Shown: positions 1 through 9,769 of the stretch, piece by piece | Position numbering within the stretch: the stretch's first letter is position 1 | Layout of the letters: the number at the start of each line of letters is the position of its first letter | The notes under the pieces: model-generated | The model's input: only the letters and a program-made list of their open reading frames with translations | Databases searched by the model: none | What the model was told of the DNA's origin: nothing | Program-made: the position numbers and the translations under genes | Source: an uncultured Alphaproteobacteria bacterium | Lineage (GTDB): Bacteria; Pseudomonadota; Alphaproteobacteria; Rhizobiales; Xanthobacteraceae | DNA length: 64,000 nucleotides | Direction: 5' to 3' | Assembly: GCA_963791955.1 (NCBI GenBank) | Contig: CAWBUO010000005.1 | Span: 72,467-136,466, forward strand

Positions 1-1
1 C

Positions 2-115
2 AGTCAGTTCGCCGCTTTGCATCCGAGAGCACCAGGCGGCTGTGTTCGGGCCGGTGGTGAGGATCGTGTGCCAAAGGTTCCATTGTTCGTAGGCCGAGAC
101 ATGCTGCGCCAATAG
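2..115 (+). CDS. 3' end of a conserved hypothetical gene that continues upstream of the window; paralog of 27381..27848
   Basis: In-frame translation ...SQFAALHPRAPGGCVRAGGEDRVPKVPLFVGRDMLRQ* (stop 113-115). It aligns without gaps to the C-terminus of the 27381..27848 product. DNA 1-115 vs 27728-27842: 94/115 identical by hand count. Confidence 0.5.
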   Translation, partial: SQFAALHPRAPGGCVRAGGEDRVPKVPLFVGRDMLRQ

Positions 116-416
116 CATTTGAACGGCTGTCCAACCTGCGGGACGTTGTTCAAAATGCCGAATAGAATCTCGACAACCGGGCGCGTGTTTTGAGGGATAG
201 TTGGAGAGATCATCCGACAGCACGCTTCAGTTCTCCAAAACAGCAAGGGTCGTCCATTCACCCGTCCGAGACCGTTAGCGCGGGCGACTTCGAATTACAA
301 TCCAAACACGTTAGTAGTCGCAATTTGTTCACTAGGGGCGTCGTGTAACCAGGATCACTAACCGGCGGGATACTTGTAAAAGGAAAGAGGCGCATCAGAC
401 AATAGGGACAAATGAC

Positions 417-1328
417 ATGCCGAATTGGTGTTTAAACAGAGTGACGGTCTCGAACCGGAATGTGCGGATTATAAATGGAATCATCAGAGCTTGGTACAGC
501 GGAGATCTCCTGGAAGAATTTGTACATTGCTTAGAAAATGATGCGGTTGCGAATGAAGCGCCAAACGCAACTGCCAACCGTTCTCGGACCTTTCATTTCA
601 CTTCTCATCCAGAGTACTGGCGACGTTGGGGCGTCCAGCACTGGGGAAGAAGTTGGAATCACTTTGTAGAGGACAACCACCTAGAAATTGTTTCACCTAC
701 GAAGGTACGGCTTACCTGCGAGACTCGTTGGTCACCTCCGTTGGATCTGTTTGACCGTTGGGTCGATCTGAAATGTAATGTGCGAGCGTGGTTTAGCGTA
801 TTTGAGACCGGCCTAACAGGTGGTTATCCTGCACAGCCCAGTCACGCGAACCCGGCGAAGTGTTGGAATTGGTTTCGCCCGAACGACCAGCGCCGGGACC
901 GCGGTGAACCTTCGCTCATCGCGGGCATCACACGCCAAGTCATGCACGACTATTCCGTCGATCCACGACGCGTCTACGTTGGGGGATTGTCAGCCGGAGC
1001 GGCTGCGGCCGCCGTGATGGGGGCAACTTACCCGGATCTATATGCCGCAGTCGCAGTGCATTCAGGTCTGGCCTGTGGGGTCGCCGACGATCTTATTTCT
1101 GCATTTGCCGCCATGAGGCAAGGCGATGCACGATACTCTTCCGGGCCCTGGGAAGATACAAACGTTCTTGACGACCAGCAGCCGTTTGTCCCGACCATCG
1201 TTTTCCACGGAGATCGTGACACCATAGTGCACCCCCGAAACGCCGATCATGTCATCACCCGTTCTATGGGAACCACCAACTTGCAGAAGAAAATACGTCG
1301 CGGGCAAGTACCCGGTGGTCATGCCTAG
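417..1328 (+). pseudogene. Chimeric ORF: DUF1281 (Api92-like) domain fused to a 5'- and 3'-truncated PHB-depolymerase-family esterase (LpqC-like)
   Basis: N-terminus MPNWCLNRV...WGRSWN...[14 protein letters not shown] is typical of DUF1281. From about aa 140, [22 protein letters not shown]...[11 protein letters not shown]...[12 protein letters not shown] is the esterase core without its N-terminal third. It ends GGHA* where family members continue. Confidence 0.55.
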
Positions 1329-1677
1329 CCGTCGCCTCGCTCGGCCCGTCTGATATTTCGATGATCATGCTTGTCGTCGTCGCAGCCCAGGAGAGCACGC
1401 CGATCCTTCCGTGTTTCCCGGCAATCCCGTGTCTCAGCGTATTTTCTCGCGGCGACATTGGAGGACGCTTTCGCGCTCCAGAGCCCTGCGCCTTGCGATA
1501 ATTGAGCCTGCTCATTTTTCTATCAAGCGCGACCTTCAACCGACACCCACAGGAACGCCGCCGGAACTGTTCGAACCGCGCGAGCCGGGCTTTACGGCAC
1601 AACGCTTCACTTCAGGGGTAATCGCAGCTAAGAAATACCTGCCCAAGGTCTGCGCCACTGGATGGATTGTTTGCTGC

Positions 1678-2331
1678 ATGGATGGCCCGGTGTCATCAAT
1701 TCGTCGGGACAAGGCGTTTGGTTTGCGTGAGCGCAACAAGCGGGACAAGCTCCGTAGGATCAAGGACGCTGCTACCGAACTATTCTTGGAAAAAGGGTTT
1801 GATGATACGACCACGCGGGCCATTGCCTCGCGTGCCGGCGTCGGATTAGGCACGGTCTTCGTTTATGCTCCCACCAAGCGCGATTTGCTGTTCCTCATCA
1901 TCAATGAAGAACTCCAAACAGAGGTCGACCGATCCACTGCCCTGGTTCAAGAACGGCGATCACTGTTAGATAACTTGATGCGCGTCTTTCGCGCACATTA
2001 TCGCTACTTTGGGCAACGTCCGGCGCTTTCTCAACTCGCGCTCAGAGAAATGATGTTCTATGCCGCTGGCCCCCAGGCTCAAAAGTTTTTGAACACGCGT
2101 GAGCGCCTCATCGCTCTGATCGAGACTGCCGTAACGATTGCCATCGATAAGAAGGAGATCGCTCCACGCGAAGACGCGAAACTGGTCGCGTGGGTGATTT
2201 TTTCGATCTATCAGATTGAGATTCGCCATTGGCTTTCCTCCAATGATCTCGACCTTGCCAAGGGGGCCGACTTTTTAAAGCGGCAGCTAATTCTGTTCGT
2301 GGAAGGTCTGGCGCCCCGACGCGCCTCCTAA
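1678..2331 (+). CDS. TetR/AcrR family transcriptional regulator
   Basis: HTH region LRRIKDAATELFLEKGFDDTTTRAIASRAGVGLGTVFVYAPTKRDL. An internal ATG at 1678 gives the usual ~217 aa; the longer upstream ORF extension lacks similarity. Confidence 0.8.
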   Translation: MDGPVSSIRRDKAFGLRERNKRDKLRRIKDAATELFLEKGFDDTTTRAIASRAGVGLGTVFVYAPTKRDLLFLIINEELQTEVDRSTALVQERRSLLDNLMRVFRAHYRYFGQRPALSQLALREMMFYAAGPQAQKFLNTRERLIALIETAVTIAIDKKEIAPREDAKLVAWVIFSIYQIEIRHWLSSNDLDLAKGADFLKRQLILFVEGLAPRRAS

Positions 2332-2727
2332 ATCCGTCGCGCGGATGTTGGTGCCGCTGCGGACGACGGTCTGGTGGCAGGCGAGCGATCGCTGACATCT
2401 TGACAAAACTGAGCATACTCAATTACGAACACAGTTAATAATGACAATTTTGCCCCGCCCATCCCGGACGGTGCATGCGAGAGGATCAGATGGAATGTCC
2501 TTGCGGGCTACACGGGATGCGTTTGCACAGGTCCCAAAAGTTTCGTCGGATCGGGGGCTAAGCACCAGACTTGGGGGCTAAGCAACTGTCCTTGCCACTA
2601 ACAGCCTCACGGTTTCCCCTTGGTGGGTGTTGCCGCTCTCGGCCTTACTGGCCCGCGGTGACGCGTTCGGCCAGCTAATTGCAAATACGCGACCGCCACA
2701 ATAATGCAGGCGGCATGGGAGGAGAAA

Positions 2728-4062
2728 ATGTCGGACAGCACAACGTCGGGAAAGAAGTCGCAGCGAAGCAAACCCGGGCTTTCGCGCCGTAGTTTTATTG
2801 CAGCCTCAGCCGCCGGCGCGGCCTTGCCGTTCGCAACTGGCGGACGCGTGTGGGCCGCCGACTCTGAAAACGTGATCCGAGTCGGATTTGTCAGTCCCGT
2901 CAGCGGCAACCTCGGAACGTTCGGTGTCGGTGATGGATACCTGACCGCTCAGGTACGTAAGGCGCTCGATAAGGGTCTGCGGGTCGGCGACAAGACCTAC
3001 AAGGTTGTACTGCTCGATCGGGATTCTCAATCTGACCCCGCGCGGGCTGGCCAGCTGGCCAAGGCCCTCATCAGTAGCGATAAGATCGATTTTATGCTCG
3101 TTACCTCGACCCCCGAGGTGGTGAATCCAGTTGCCGACGCCTGCGAAGCGGCGGGCGTGCCTTGCCTTTCGACGGTGATGCCCTGGGAGGCTTGGTATTT
3201 CGGTCGCGGGGGGAAGCCTGGCCAACCGTCGCCTTTCAAGTGGACATACCACTTCGCCTTCGGGGGCGCCCAATTTGCGGGATTGTATCTTTCATTGTGG
3301 AAGCAGGTACCCAACAACAAGAAGGTCGGGGCTATGTTTCCGAACGACGCCGATGGCAACGCCGTCCGTCCGCTCCTCACGGAGGCTTTCAAAAAGGGCG
3401 GATACACCGTGATCGACCCCGGTCCGTTCGAAGACGGGACCAGCGACTACTCCGCGCAGGTCGCGCTGTTTAAGAAAGAGCAAGTTGACCTCTTTGTCGC
3501 GCTTGTCCTTCCGCCTGACTTTGCCACCATTTGGCGTCAGGCAGCGCAGCAGGGTTTCGCGAAGACGACGAAGATTGCCACCCCCACGAAATCGGGAACC
3601 AGTCCGTCCGAAATCGAGGCGCTCGGCGCTCTGGGTTACAACCTCACCACCACCTCGCCCTGGGTCCCGGCAGCGCCCTACAAGTCACCGGTTCTCGGAG
3701 TCACCAGCCAGCAACTCGCGGACGGCTACGAGGCGGCTTCGGGCAAGCAAGTGACGCAGCAGTTGGGAGCCAGCAACGCCGTTTTCGACGCCGGTATTCA
3801 AGCGCTCCAAATCTCCGGCAACCCATTGGACAAGGCTGCCCTGGCCAAGACGCTGAGCACCTTGAAGGTCGAAACTACGGTCGGTCTGATCGACTTCAAC
3901 ACCGGCCCGATGCCGCACGTCATCGCTGTCACGCCGTTGTTCGGCACGCAGTGGCGAAAGGCGCCGAAAGGCAGCAAGTGGAAGGTGGAGCAGGTGGTCG
4001 CCGAGAACGCGGCCGATCCGAACTACAAAGTGACCGACAAGCTGATACCCTACAACGCATAG
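2728..4062 (+). CDS. ABC transporter substrate-binding protein (LivK/Peripla_BP_6 type) with Tat-like signal
   Basis: SRRSFIAASAAGAALPFATGGRVWA signal; GGGAGGAG SD just upstream of ATG 2728; followed by Liv-type ATPase and permease genes. Confidence 0.85.
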   Translation: MSDSTTSGKKSQRSKPGLSRRSFIAASAAGAALPFATGGRVWAADSENVIRVGFVSPVSGNLGTFGVGDGYLTAQVRKALDKGLRVGDKTYKVVLLDRDSQSDPARAGQLAKALISSDKIDFMLVTSTPEVVNPVADACEAAGVPCLSTVMPWEAWYFGRGGKPGQPSPFKWTYHFAFGGAQFAGLYLSLWKQVPNNKKVGAMFPNDADGNAVRPLLTEAFKKGGYTVIDPGPFEDGTSDYSAQVALFKKEQVDLFVALVLPPDFATIWRQAAQQGFAKTTKIATPTKSGTSPSEIEALGALGYNLTTTSPWVPAAPYKSPVLGVTSQQLADGYEAASGKQVTQQLGASNAVFDAGIQALQISGNPLDKAALAKTLSTLKVETTVGLIDFNTGPMPHVIAVTPLFGTQWRKAPKGSKWKVEQVVAENAADPNYKVTDKLIPYNA

Positions 4063-4385
4063 CGGAATAAGGTCTCTTCCGGACGCATAGGAAGCGCGGG
4101 CCGCCGTTACCACGCTTCTTTCGGCCACAAGATTAAGTGGGACCGCGACAGTCCGAAAGCATTTACGCAATGAAGCGTCCTGTGAAGAATCGCGGGACGC
4201 TTCCCTCAGGCCGCACTATTCTAGATGACGCGGCCGATCAAATCGCCTTTAAATCAATCGCGATGCTTCAAAAGGTCTCGCCGTCGAGATTGCAGAGATC
4301 GCCGGGTGAATCGATGCGAACTTCGGGCTCAAAGGCTTCGGCGGCAGCGCCTCACCGTGGTTCAAGTCGAGGGAATTGAAAAACG

Positions 4386-5126
4386 GTGGCTTCCGAGTCG
4401 CAGGTAGCCGTTTTATCGGCGACATCGGTCGACAAGCGTTTCAACGCGCTCGTTGTCTTGAACCAGGTCAACTTCACTGTTGGCGAACGCGAGGCGGTCG
4501 GCATCGTCGGCCCGAACGGTGCCGGCAAGACAACGCTGCTCAATATTCTGGCGGGTGCCTATGAGCCCAGTGCTGGCACGGTGTTGTTTCGCGGTCAGGA
4601 TATTACCAGCCTTCCCATAGAGGATCGCTGCCGCAAAGGGATTGCGAGGTCACATCAAATTCCGCGGCCGTTCGGCGGGATGACTATCTTCGAAAATCTT
4701 TTCGTCGCCGCAGCCAATGGCGGAGGGTTCGGGCGTGACCAGGCTTACGATCGCTGCATCAACTCCTTGAAACTTTGCGGCATGCTGCATGTCGCCAATC
4801 GCCGAGCCGAGACCTTGGGCCTTTTGGATCGCAAGCGTTTGGAACTGGCCCGCGCCGTGGCCACCGATCCGGTCGTGCTGTTGTTGGACGAAATTGGCGG
4901 CGGTCTGACCGATGCCGAGGCCTCGGAATTGGTCGAAACGATCCAAACGTTACGCCAGCGCGAAATCGCGATTGTATGGATCGAGCATATCGTTCACGTC
5001 CTGCTCCAGGTCGCTGAGCGGCTTGTCTGTATGGACGCGGGCGTCATTCTCGCCGATGGCGACCCGCAGAAAGTCATGTCCGATCGTGCCGTGATCGATG
5101 CCTATCTGGGTGGAGGCATCAAATGA
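4386..5126 (+). CDS. Branched-chain amino acid-type ABC transporter ATP-binding protein (LivG-like)
   Basis: Walker A GPNGAGKTT, Walker B VVLLLDE, and a degenerate signature region (LDRKRLELARA). Confidence 0.85.
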   Translation: MASESQVAVLSATSVDKRFNALVVLNQVNFTVGEREAVGIVGPNGAGKTTLLNILAGAYEPSAGTVLFRGQDITSLPIEDRCRKGIARSHQIPRPFGGMTIFENLFVAAANGGGFGRDQAYDRCINSLKLCGMLHVANRRAETLGLLDRKRLELARAVATDPVVLLLDEIGGGLTDAEASELVETIQTLRQREIAIVWIEHIVHVLLQVAERLVCMDAGVILADGDPQKVMSDRAVIDAYLGGGIK

Positions 5127-5851
5127 GTCTGCTTTCGATCAATACTCTCGATATCCGGCATGGACTGCTGCAGGCCGTGCGTGCGGTCAGCTTTCAAGTC
5201 GATCAAGGAGAGACAGTCGCTCTGATAGGCGCCAACGGAGCCGGCAAAACGACCCTTCTCCGGGCGATAGCCGGCGCGCATCGAGCCTCGCGTGGCGAAA
5301 TTCGTCTCGATGGGTCAGACATTACGAGAATGCCGACCTACCAGCGTGTGGCGATGGGGATCGCGCTGGTGCCGGAGGGACGGCGCCTCTTTGCCGCGAT
5401 GACGGTCGAGGAGAATCTGCAAATTGCGCGCGCCAGCGGACGCAAAGGAGAATGGACAGTCGATCGCGTCATGGAAACCTTTCCGATGCTGAAGGCGCGG
5501 CGTAAGGCGCGCTGCGGCACGCTTTCAGGCGGCGAGCAGCAGGCAACTGCCATCGGGCGCGCCCTGATGACCAATCCGCGCCTGCTGCTGCTCGATGAGG
5601 TTTCTCTTGGATTGTCGCCGTTGGCCGTCGACCTTGTTTACAAATCCGTCGAATCTCTCATCGCCTCCGGAGCGACCATCCTGCTTGTCGAGCAGGACCT
5701 CAACCGGGCGCTAAAAGTTGCGAACAGAGTCATGTGCATGCTGGAAGGGCGCATCGTCGTCGAAGGCAATGCCAAAAGTTTAACGCGTGAGCAGATTACC
5801 GACGCATATTTCGGCCACCAGAAGCGCGCTCGATCGGAGACGGCACCATGA
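5123..5851 (+). CDS. ABC transporter ATP-binding protein (LivF-like)
   Basis: GANGAGKTT, LSGGEQQ, LLLLDE; 4-nt overlap with the upstream ATPase gene. Confidence 0.85.
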   Translation: MSLLSINTLDIRHGLLQAVRAVSFQVDQGETVALIGANGAGKTTLLRAIAGAHRASRGEIRLDGSDITRMPTYQRVAMGIALVPEGRRLFAAMTVEENLQIARASGRKGEWTVDRVMETFPMLKARRKARCGTLSGGEQQATAIGRALMTNPRLLLLDEVSLGLSPLAVDLVYKSVESLIASGATILLVEQDLNRALKVANRVMCMLEGRIVVEGNAKSLTREQITDAYFGHQKRARSETAP

Positions 5852-6753
5852 GTTTTGTCGGCGCCGTCATCGATGGAGTTTTACTCGGCGGTTACTACGC
5901 GATAATCGCCTGCGGCCTCTCTTTCATGTTCGGCGTGATGAAAATCATCAACCTCGCCCACGGGAGCCTCGCCATCGTCGCGGGGTTCGCACTTTGGCTC
6001 ATTGCGGACAGGCTGGACTACGATCCTTTCTTGGCATTGATCGTTGTCCTGCCGGCAATGGGTGCTCTGGGATGGCTTCTGCAACGCGGCGTCTTGGAGC
6101 GAAGTGCGCGATCAGGCGAACTGGTGCCGATCCTCAGCACGTTCGGATTGGCGATCGTCGTCGAGAATGCTTTGTTTGAGTACTTTGGAGCCGATACTCG
6201 CTCGCTGGCGCCTTACGTCGGATCCCTTTCCTACGACAGCCTGGGACTCGGAGGCGGATTGTACGTCGGCGAATTGGCCATTCTGACGTTTGCTGTCGCG
6301 ATCCTGTTATTAGGTGGGCTGCAAATATTCCTCACCTATACTTCCCTCGGGCGCCAAATTCGCGCCACGGCAGAGGATCCCGATACCGTCGAGTTCGTCG
6401 GCGTCAATTCCCGGTTTGTCAACGCCGTCGCCGCGTCAATTGCGCTTGTTACCGTCGCGCTCGGAGGTCTGTTTCTCGGCTTGCGAGCAACCTTCGACCC
6501 GTACTCAGGCTCGTTGCAGCTTATTTTCGCGTTTGAAGCGGCAGTCATCGGCGGCACTGGAAGCCTGTGGGGTACATTGCGCGGTGGAATAGTTCTCGGC
6601 GTTGCCCAGACTTTCGGCGCGCATCTTCATCCACAAGGTTTCTTGCTGGCCGGGCACGCGGTGTTCCTTCTGGTTCTTGTCGGACGCCTTTACGTCCCCG
6701 GACAGTTTTTTCGCGTTTTCCTCAAATCAAAATTATTCGGGAAATTTTCGTGA
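5848..6753 (+). CDS. Branched-chain amino acid ABC transporter permease (LivH-like)
   Basis: Multi-pass hydrophobic protein with the LivH-type N-terminus GVLLGGYYAIIACGLSFMFGVMKIINLAHG; ATGA overlap with the upstream gene. Confidence 0.85.
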   Translation: MSFVGAVIDGVLLGGYYAIIACGLSFMFGVMKIINLAHGSLAIVAGFALWLIADRLDYDPFLALIVVLPAMGALGWLLQRGVLERSARSGELVPILSTFGLAIVVENALFEYFGADTRSLAPYVGSLSYDSLGLGGGLYVGELAILTFAVAILLLGGLQIFLTYTSLGRQIRATAEDPDTVEFVGVNSRFVNAVAASIALVTVALGGLFLGLRATFDPYSGSLQLIFAFEAAVIGGTGSLWGTLRGGIVLGVAQTFGAHLHPQGFLLAGHAVFLLVLVGRLYVPGQFFRVFLKSKLFGKFS

Positions 6754-7790
6754 GCGCTTATTCCAATATTTCGATCCAGCGCTGGACCAATCTGTCGATC
6801 GGCGTCGCCGTTATTGTCGGCCTTGCGCTGGCCCTATTGTTGGCCGGTCCGGCTTTCATGCCGGATACGATGCTCGACAAGCTGACGGTGCTGTTCATCT
6901 ACGTTTTGCTCGCGGCGATGTGGAATGCGCTGGCGGGATATGGCGGGATGATTTCAGCCGGGCAACAGGCATTCTTCGGAATCGGCGGATATCTCGCTAT
7001 CCGACTATCCGAATGGGGCGTCGAACCCTATTTGGCGCTGATCATTGCCGCGCTGCTGGCGGGGCTCTCGGCCCTGCCCATCTCCGCGATTGTGCTGCGG
7101 CTTCGCGCCGGCGAATTTGCCATCGGTATGTGGGTGATTGCTGAAGTTGCCCGGCTGCTCGTCAACCTCGACCCGATTATCCAGGGCGACACCGGCCGCT
7201 CGCTGATTGCGTTGTCGAGCTTTGACGCCGCCGAGCGACGCGAAATTACTTACTGGATTACGCTCGCGTCGATGACCATCATGCTCGGCGTGATATTCGT
7301 GCTGCTCCGCAGCCGACTAGGTTCGTCAATTCAGGCCATACGAGATAACGAGGAAGCCGCAGCGTCGGTTGGCGTACGAGTACTCTTCGCAAAACGCATT
7401 ATCTTTGTTATCGCCGGAATAGGTTGCGCGCTGGCGGGGGCTTTGTGGCTAGCGACCTTTACGACTTTTCAGCCGCGCAGCTTTTTCGGCATCCAGTGGA
7501 GCGCCTACATGATATTCATGGTCCTGGTCGGCGGCATTGGGCGCTTCGAAGGACCGATCCTCGGTGCCATAATTTTCTTTATCATCGAGACTTGGTTTTC
7601 GGCGGCGGGCGTCTGGTACCTGATCGTTCTTGGATTCACCGCGCTAGTCTTTTCGCTGTTCCTGCCCAAGGGCATCTGGGGTTACATCGAGGATCGCTTT
7701 CACGTGCTGCTGCTGCCCATTGGCTATCACTTGCGCGTCTCAGCTGACAGTCCAACCGCCAATCAGGGCGAAGCACCGCGGCAGCGGTGA
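6750..7790 (+). CDS. Branched-chain amino acid ABC transporter permease (LivM-like)
   Basis: GTG 6750 overlaps the LivH stop (GTGA). Hydrophobic LivM-like sequence follows (AGQQAFFGIGGYLA). The 61-codon upstream extension in the ORF track is Arg/Ser-rich and overlaps livH. Confidence 0.8.
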   Translation: MSAYSNISIQRWTNLSIGVAVIVGLALALLLAGPAFMPDTMLDKLTVLFIYVLLAAMWNALAGYGGMISAGQQAFFGIGGYLAIRLSEWGVEPYLALIIAALLAGLSALPISAIVLRLRAGEFAIGMWVIAEVARLLVNLDPIIQGDTGRSLIALSSFDAAERREITYWITLASMTIMLGVIFVLLRSRLGSSIQAIRDNEEAAASVGVRVLFAKRIIFVIAGIGCALAGALWLATFTTFQPRSFFGIQWSAYMIFMVLVGGIGRFEGPILGAIIFFIIETWFSAAGVWYLIVLGFTALVFSLFLPKGIWGYIEDRFHVLLLPIGYHLRVSADSPTANQGEAPRQR

Positions 7791-8132
7791 TGGACTTAAG
7801 GCGGGCGTATCTCAGTTATCTAGCTTAAGAATTCGCCCGCAAACCTCGAGGCTGCAACCGTGCATTCGGCAGCTTGGCCGCAAGCTACAAATTCTTCTTT
7901 GATATGGGGATGGCTGCACCCGTTGATCATCGTCGGTGCTCTTGCCGATCACCTTGATAGGTTATCGACTAGACTCTCGGTCGAAAACGAGCGCTTCGAG
8001 ATTGGCCTTTGGGGCAACGACGCCGCACTGGCCCTGTCCGAATTGGGACCCGTAGCCGACATCGGTCATCTCCCACTCCGGAAGTCGGGTGGCGTATTTT
8101 GCTGTGATGCGCAACGTACTTCACGCTGGTAG

Positions 8133-8804
8133 GGTAAGGGGGCCACCTCCACGATTCCAATCGTATTCGGAATTGGTGGCGACCCGGTAAAGCTCGGCCT
8201 CGTACACAGCCTCGCACGCCCCGGCGGAAACATCACCGGCGCTAGTCTGCTGACGCCGGGGCTGGAACGGAAACGGCTCGAAACAATTCATCAATTACTG
8301 CCCAAAGTCACAACGGTTGCCGTGCTGGTGAACTCTAAAAATCCGTTGGCACAGCTTTACACAGACGAGATCCAAGAGGCAGCGCGCGTTCTTCCGGTAC
8401 AGCTTCGTATGTTGAGTGCGGACGATGACCAGGCAATCGAGGCCGCATTTGCGACTATAACCGAAGAACGGATTAAGGCACTTGTCGTCACGGCCGATCC
8501 ATTCTTTTACAGCCGTGGCAAGGAGTTCGCAGAACTAGCAATCAAAACCCAAGTGCCCGCCATCTTTGCGTTCCGAGAATTTGCGCTTGATGGTGGCCTC
8601 ATGAGTTACGGAACAAGCCCGCTATACATCACCCGAATTATAGGCACCTATGCAGGACGAATCCTCAAAGGTGAAAAACCCGCCGACTTACCCGTACAGC
8701 AGGCAACCGAGGTCGAGTTAATTCTGAATTTCAAAACCGCTAAGTCGCTTGGTGTCACATTTCCTGTCACGTTGCTCGGGCGTGCCGACGAAGTGATCGA
8801 ATAG
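8133..8804 (+). pseudogene. 5'-truncated ABC_sub_bind (PF04392-type) solute-binding protein gene
   Basis: The open frame starts right after a stop at 8130-8132 and reads IPIVFGIGGDPVKLGLVHSLARPGGNITG...LILNFKTAKSLGVTFPVTLLGRADEVIE. The signal peptide and first ~90 aa are absent, and there is no ATG before the internal GTG at 8322. Confidence 0.7.
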
Positions 8805-9169
8805 CGGAGGCTTTTGGTGCGATGCACTTAGTCCGGAATTGGCACTAAAGCGAAGTGGAGTTTGTCCGCTTTGACGGTCGCTGTCAGAGGTCAAGCGGAC
8901 TAGCCCCGCTGAGGCCGAAACCAACTCCTGACCCGCAGCCGACATCGGCAGCTGCAGCTACAACCAGTCTGGACCAAATCGGTCCATCCTCCTCGCTGAT
9001 GACAATGGCGCGGGTTCGGTTCTGATAGCGTCGAGGTGAAAAGGAAATGACTTGGGCCCTGTTCCACGCGCGGCGTGGCGCCGGGATCAATCCGGAAATT
9101 AATCCTCCTAAACCTGCCCGGGGCCGCGAACGACCCGACATCGATCCTGCAGTGCCCTTACCCTTGCCG

Positions 9170-9706
9170 CTAATTTTTCTTTTGTGCGCCGATGAGGACG
9201 AAGGCGATTTTCACCGGCTTATCGCTTTTGTTGCGCCAGGCATGCCGGGTTCCATTCTGAATGATGACGTCATGCGGCTTGAGATGAACTTGTTTGCCAT
9301 CATCAAGCTCCGCCCAGACCTCGCCCTCGAGAATAATGCCGTAATCGACTGTTTGCGTCCGGTGCATGCCCGGATTGTCGGGCTCCATGGCTGCCGCCAA
9401 ATCCGGCACGTGTTCGGCAAACTCCTGAAAGCCGGCGACAGGATCGATGGTGGCAAAGACGGAATCGGGGGCGAACGTCACGATCATCAACCGCGTCTCG
9501 CCGGGAGCCAGCGGGACGTAGGTGCTTTTCTCCGAGACGACATCGCTGCCGTCAATCGGAAGCGTCGGCACCCCCGGCGTCGACCAGATCAGCGTCGCCG
9601 ATTGCCCCGGAATATTCTTGAAGGCTTTGCTTCGGCGGGTACCGCCGTCCGACACGATTTTTGATTTGCCGCCGGAAGTTCCGGTGACGACGCGACGCAC
9701 GCTCAT
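9170..9706 (-). CDS. Cupin domain protein
   Basis: C-terminal cupin barrel: HRTQTVDYGIILEGEVWAELDDGKQVHLKPHDVIIQNGTRHAWRN. Same strand as and 63 nt downstream of the luciferase-like gene. Confidence 0.7.
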   Translation of the reverse strand: MSVRRVVTGTSGGKSKIVSDGGTRRSKAFKNIPGQSATLIWSTPGVPTLPIDGSDVVSEKSTYVPLAPGETRLMIVTFAPDSVFATIDPVAGFQEFAEHVPDLAAAMEPDNPGMHRTQTVDYGIILEGEVWAELDDGKQVHLKPHDVIIQNGTRHAWRNKSDKPVKIAFVLIGAQKKN

Positions 9707-9769
9707 AACATCCTCCCTTTTTCTCATTTGCGAAAGCGACGAACGGTATACGGCAAGGCTCGACGGCGA

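Noticed and set aside
6567-6749. 61-codon N-terminal extension of the LivM-like ORF
   Set aside because: It overlaps livH in another frame and is Arg/Ser-rich. The GTG at 6750, overlapping the livH stop, gives the canonical coupled start.
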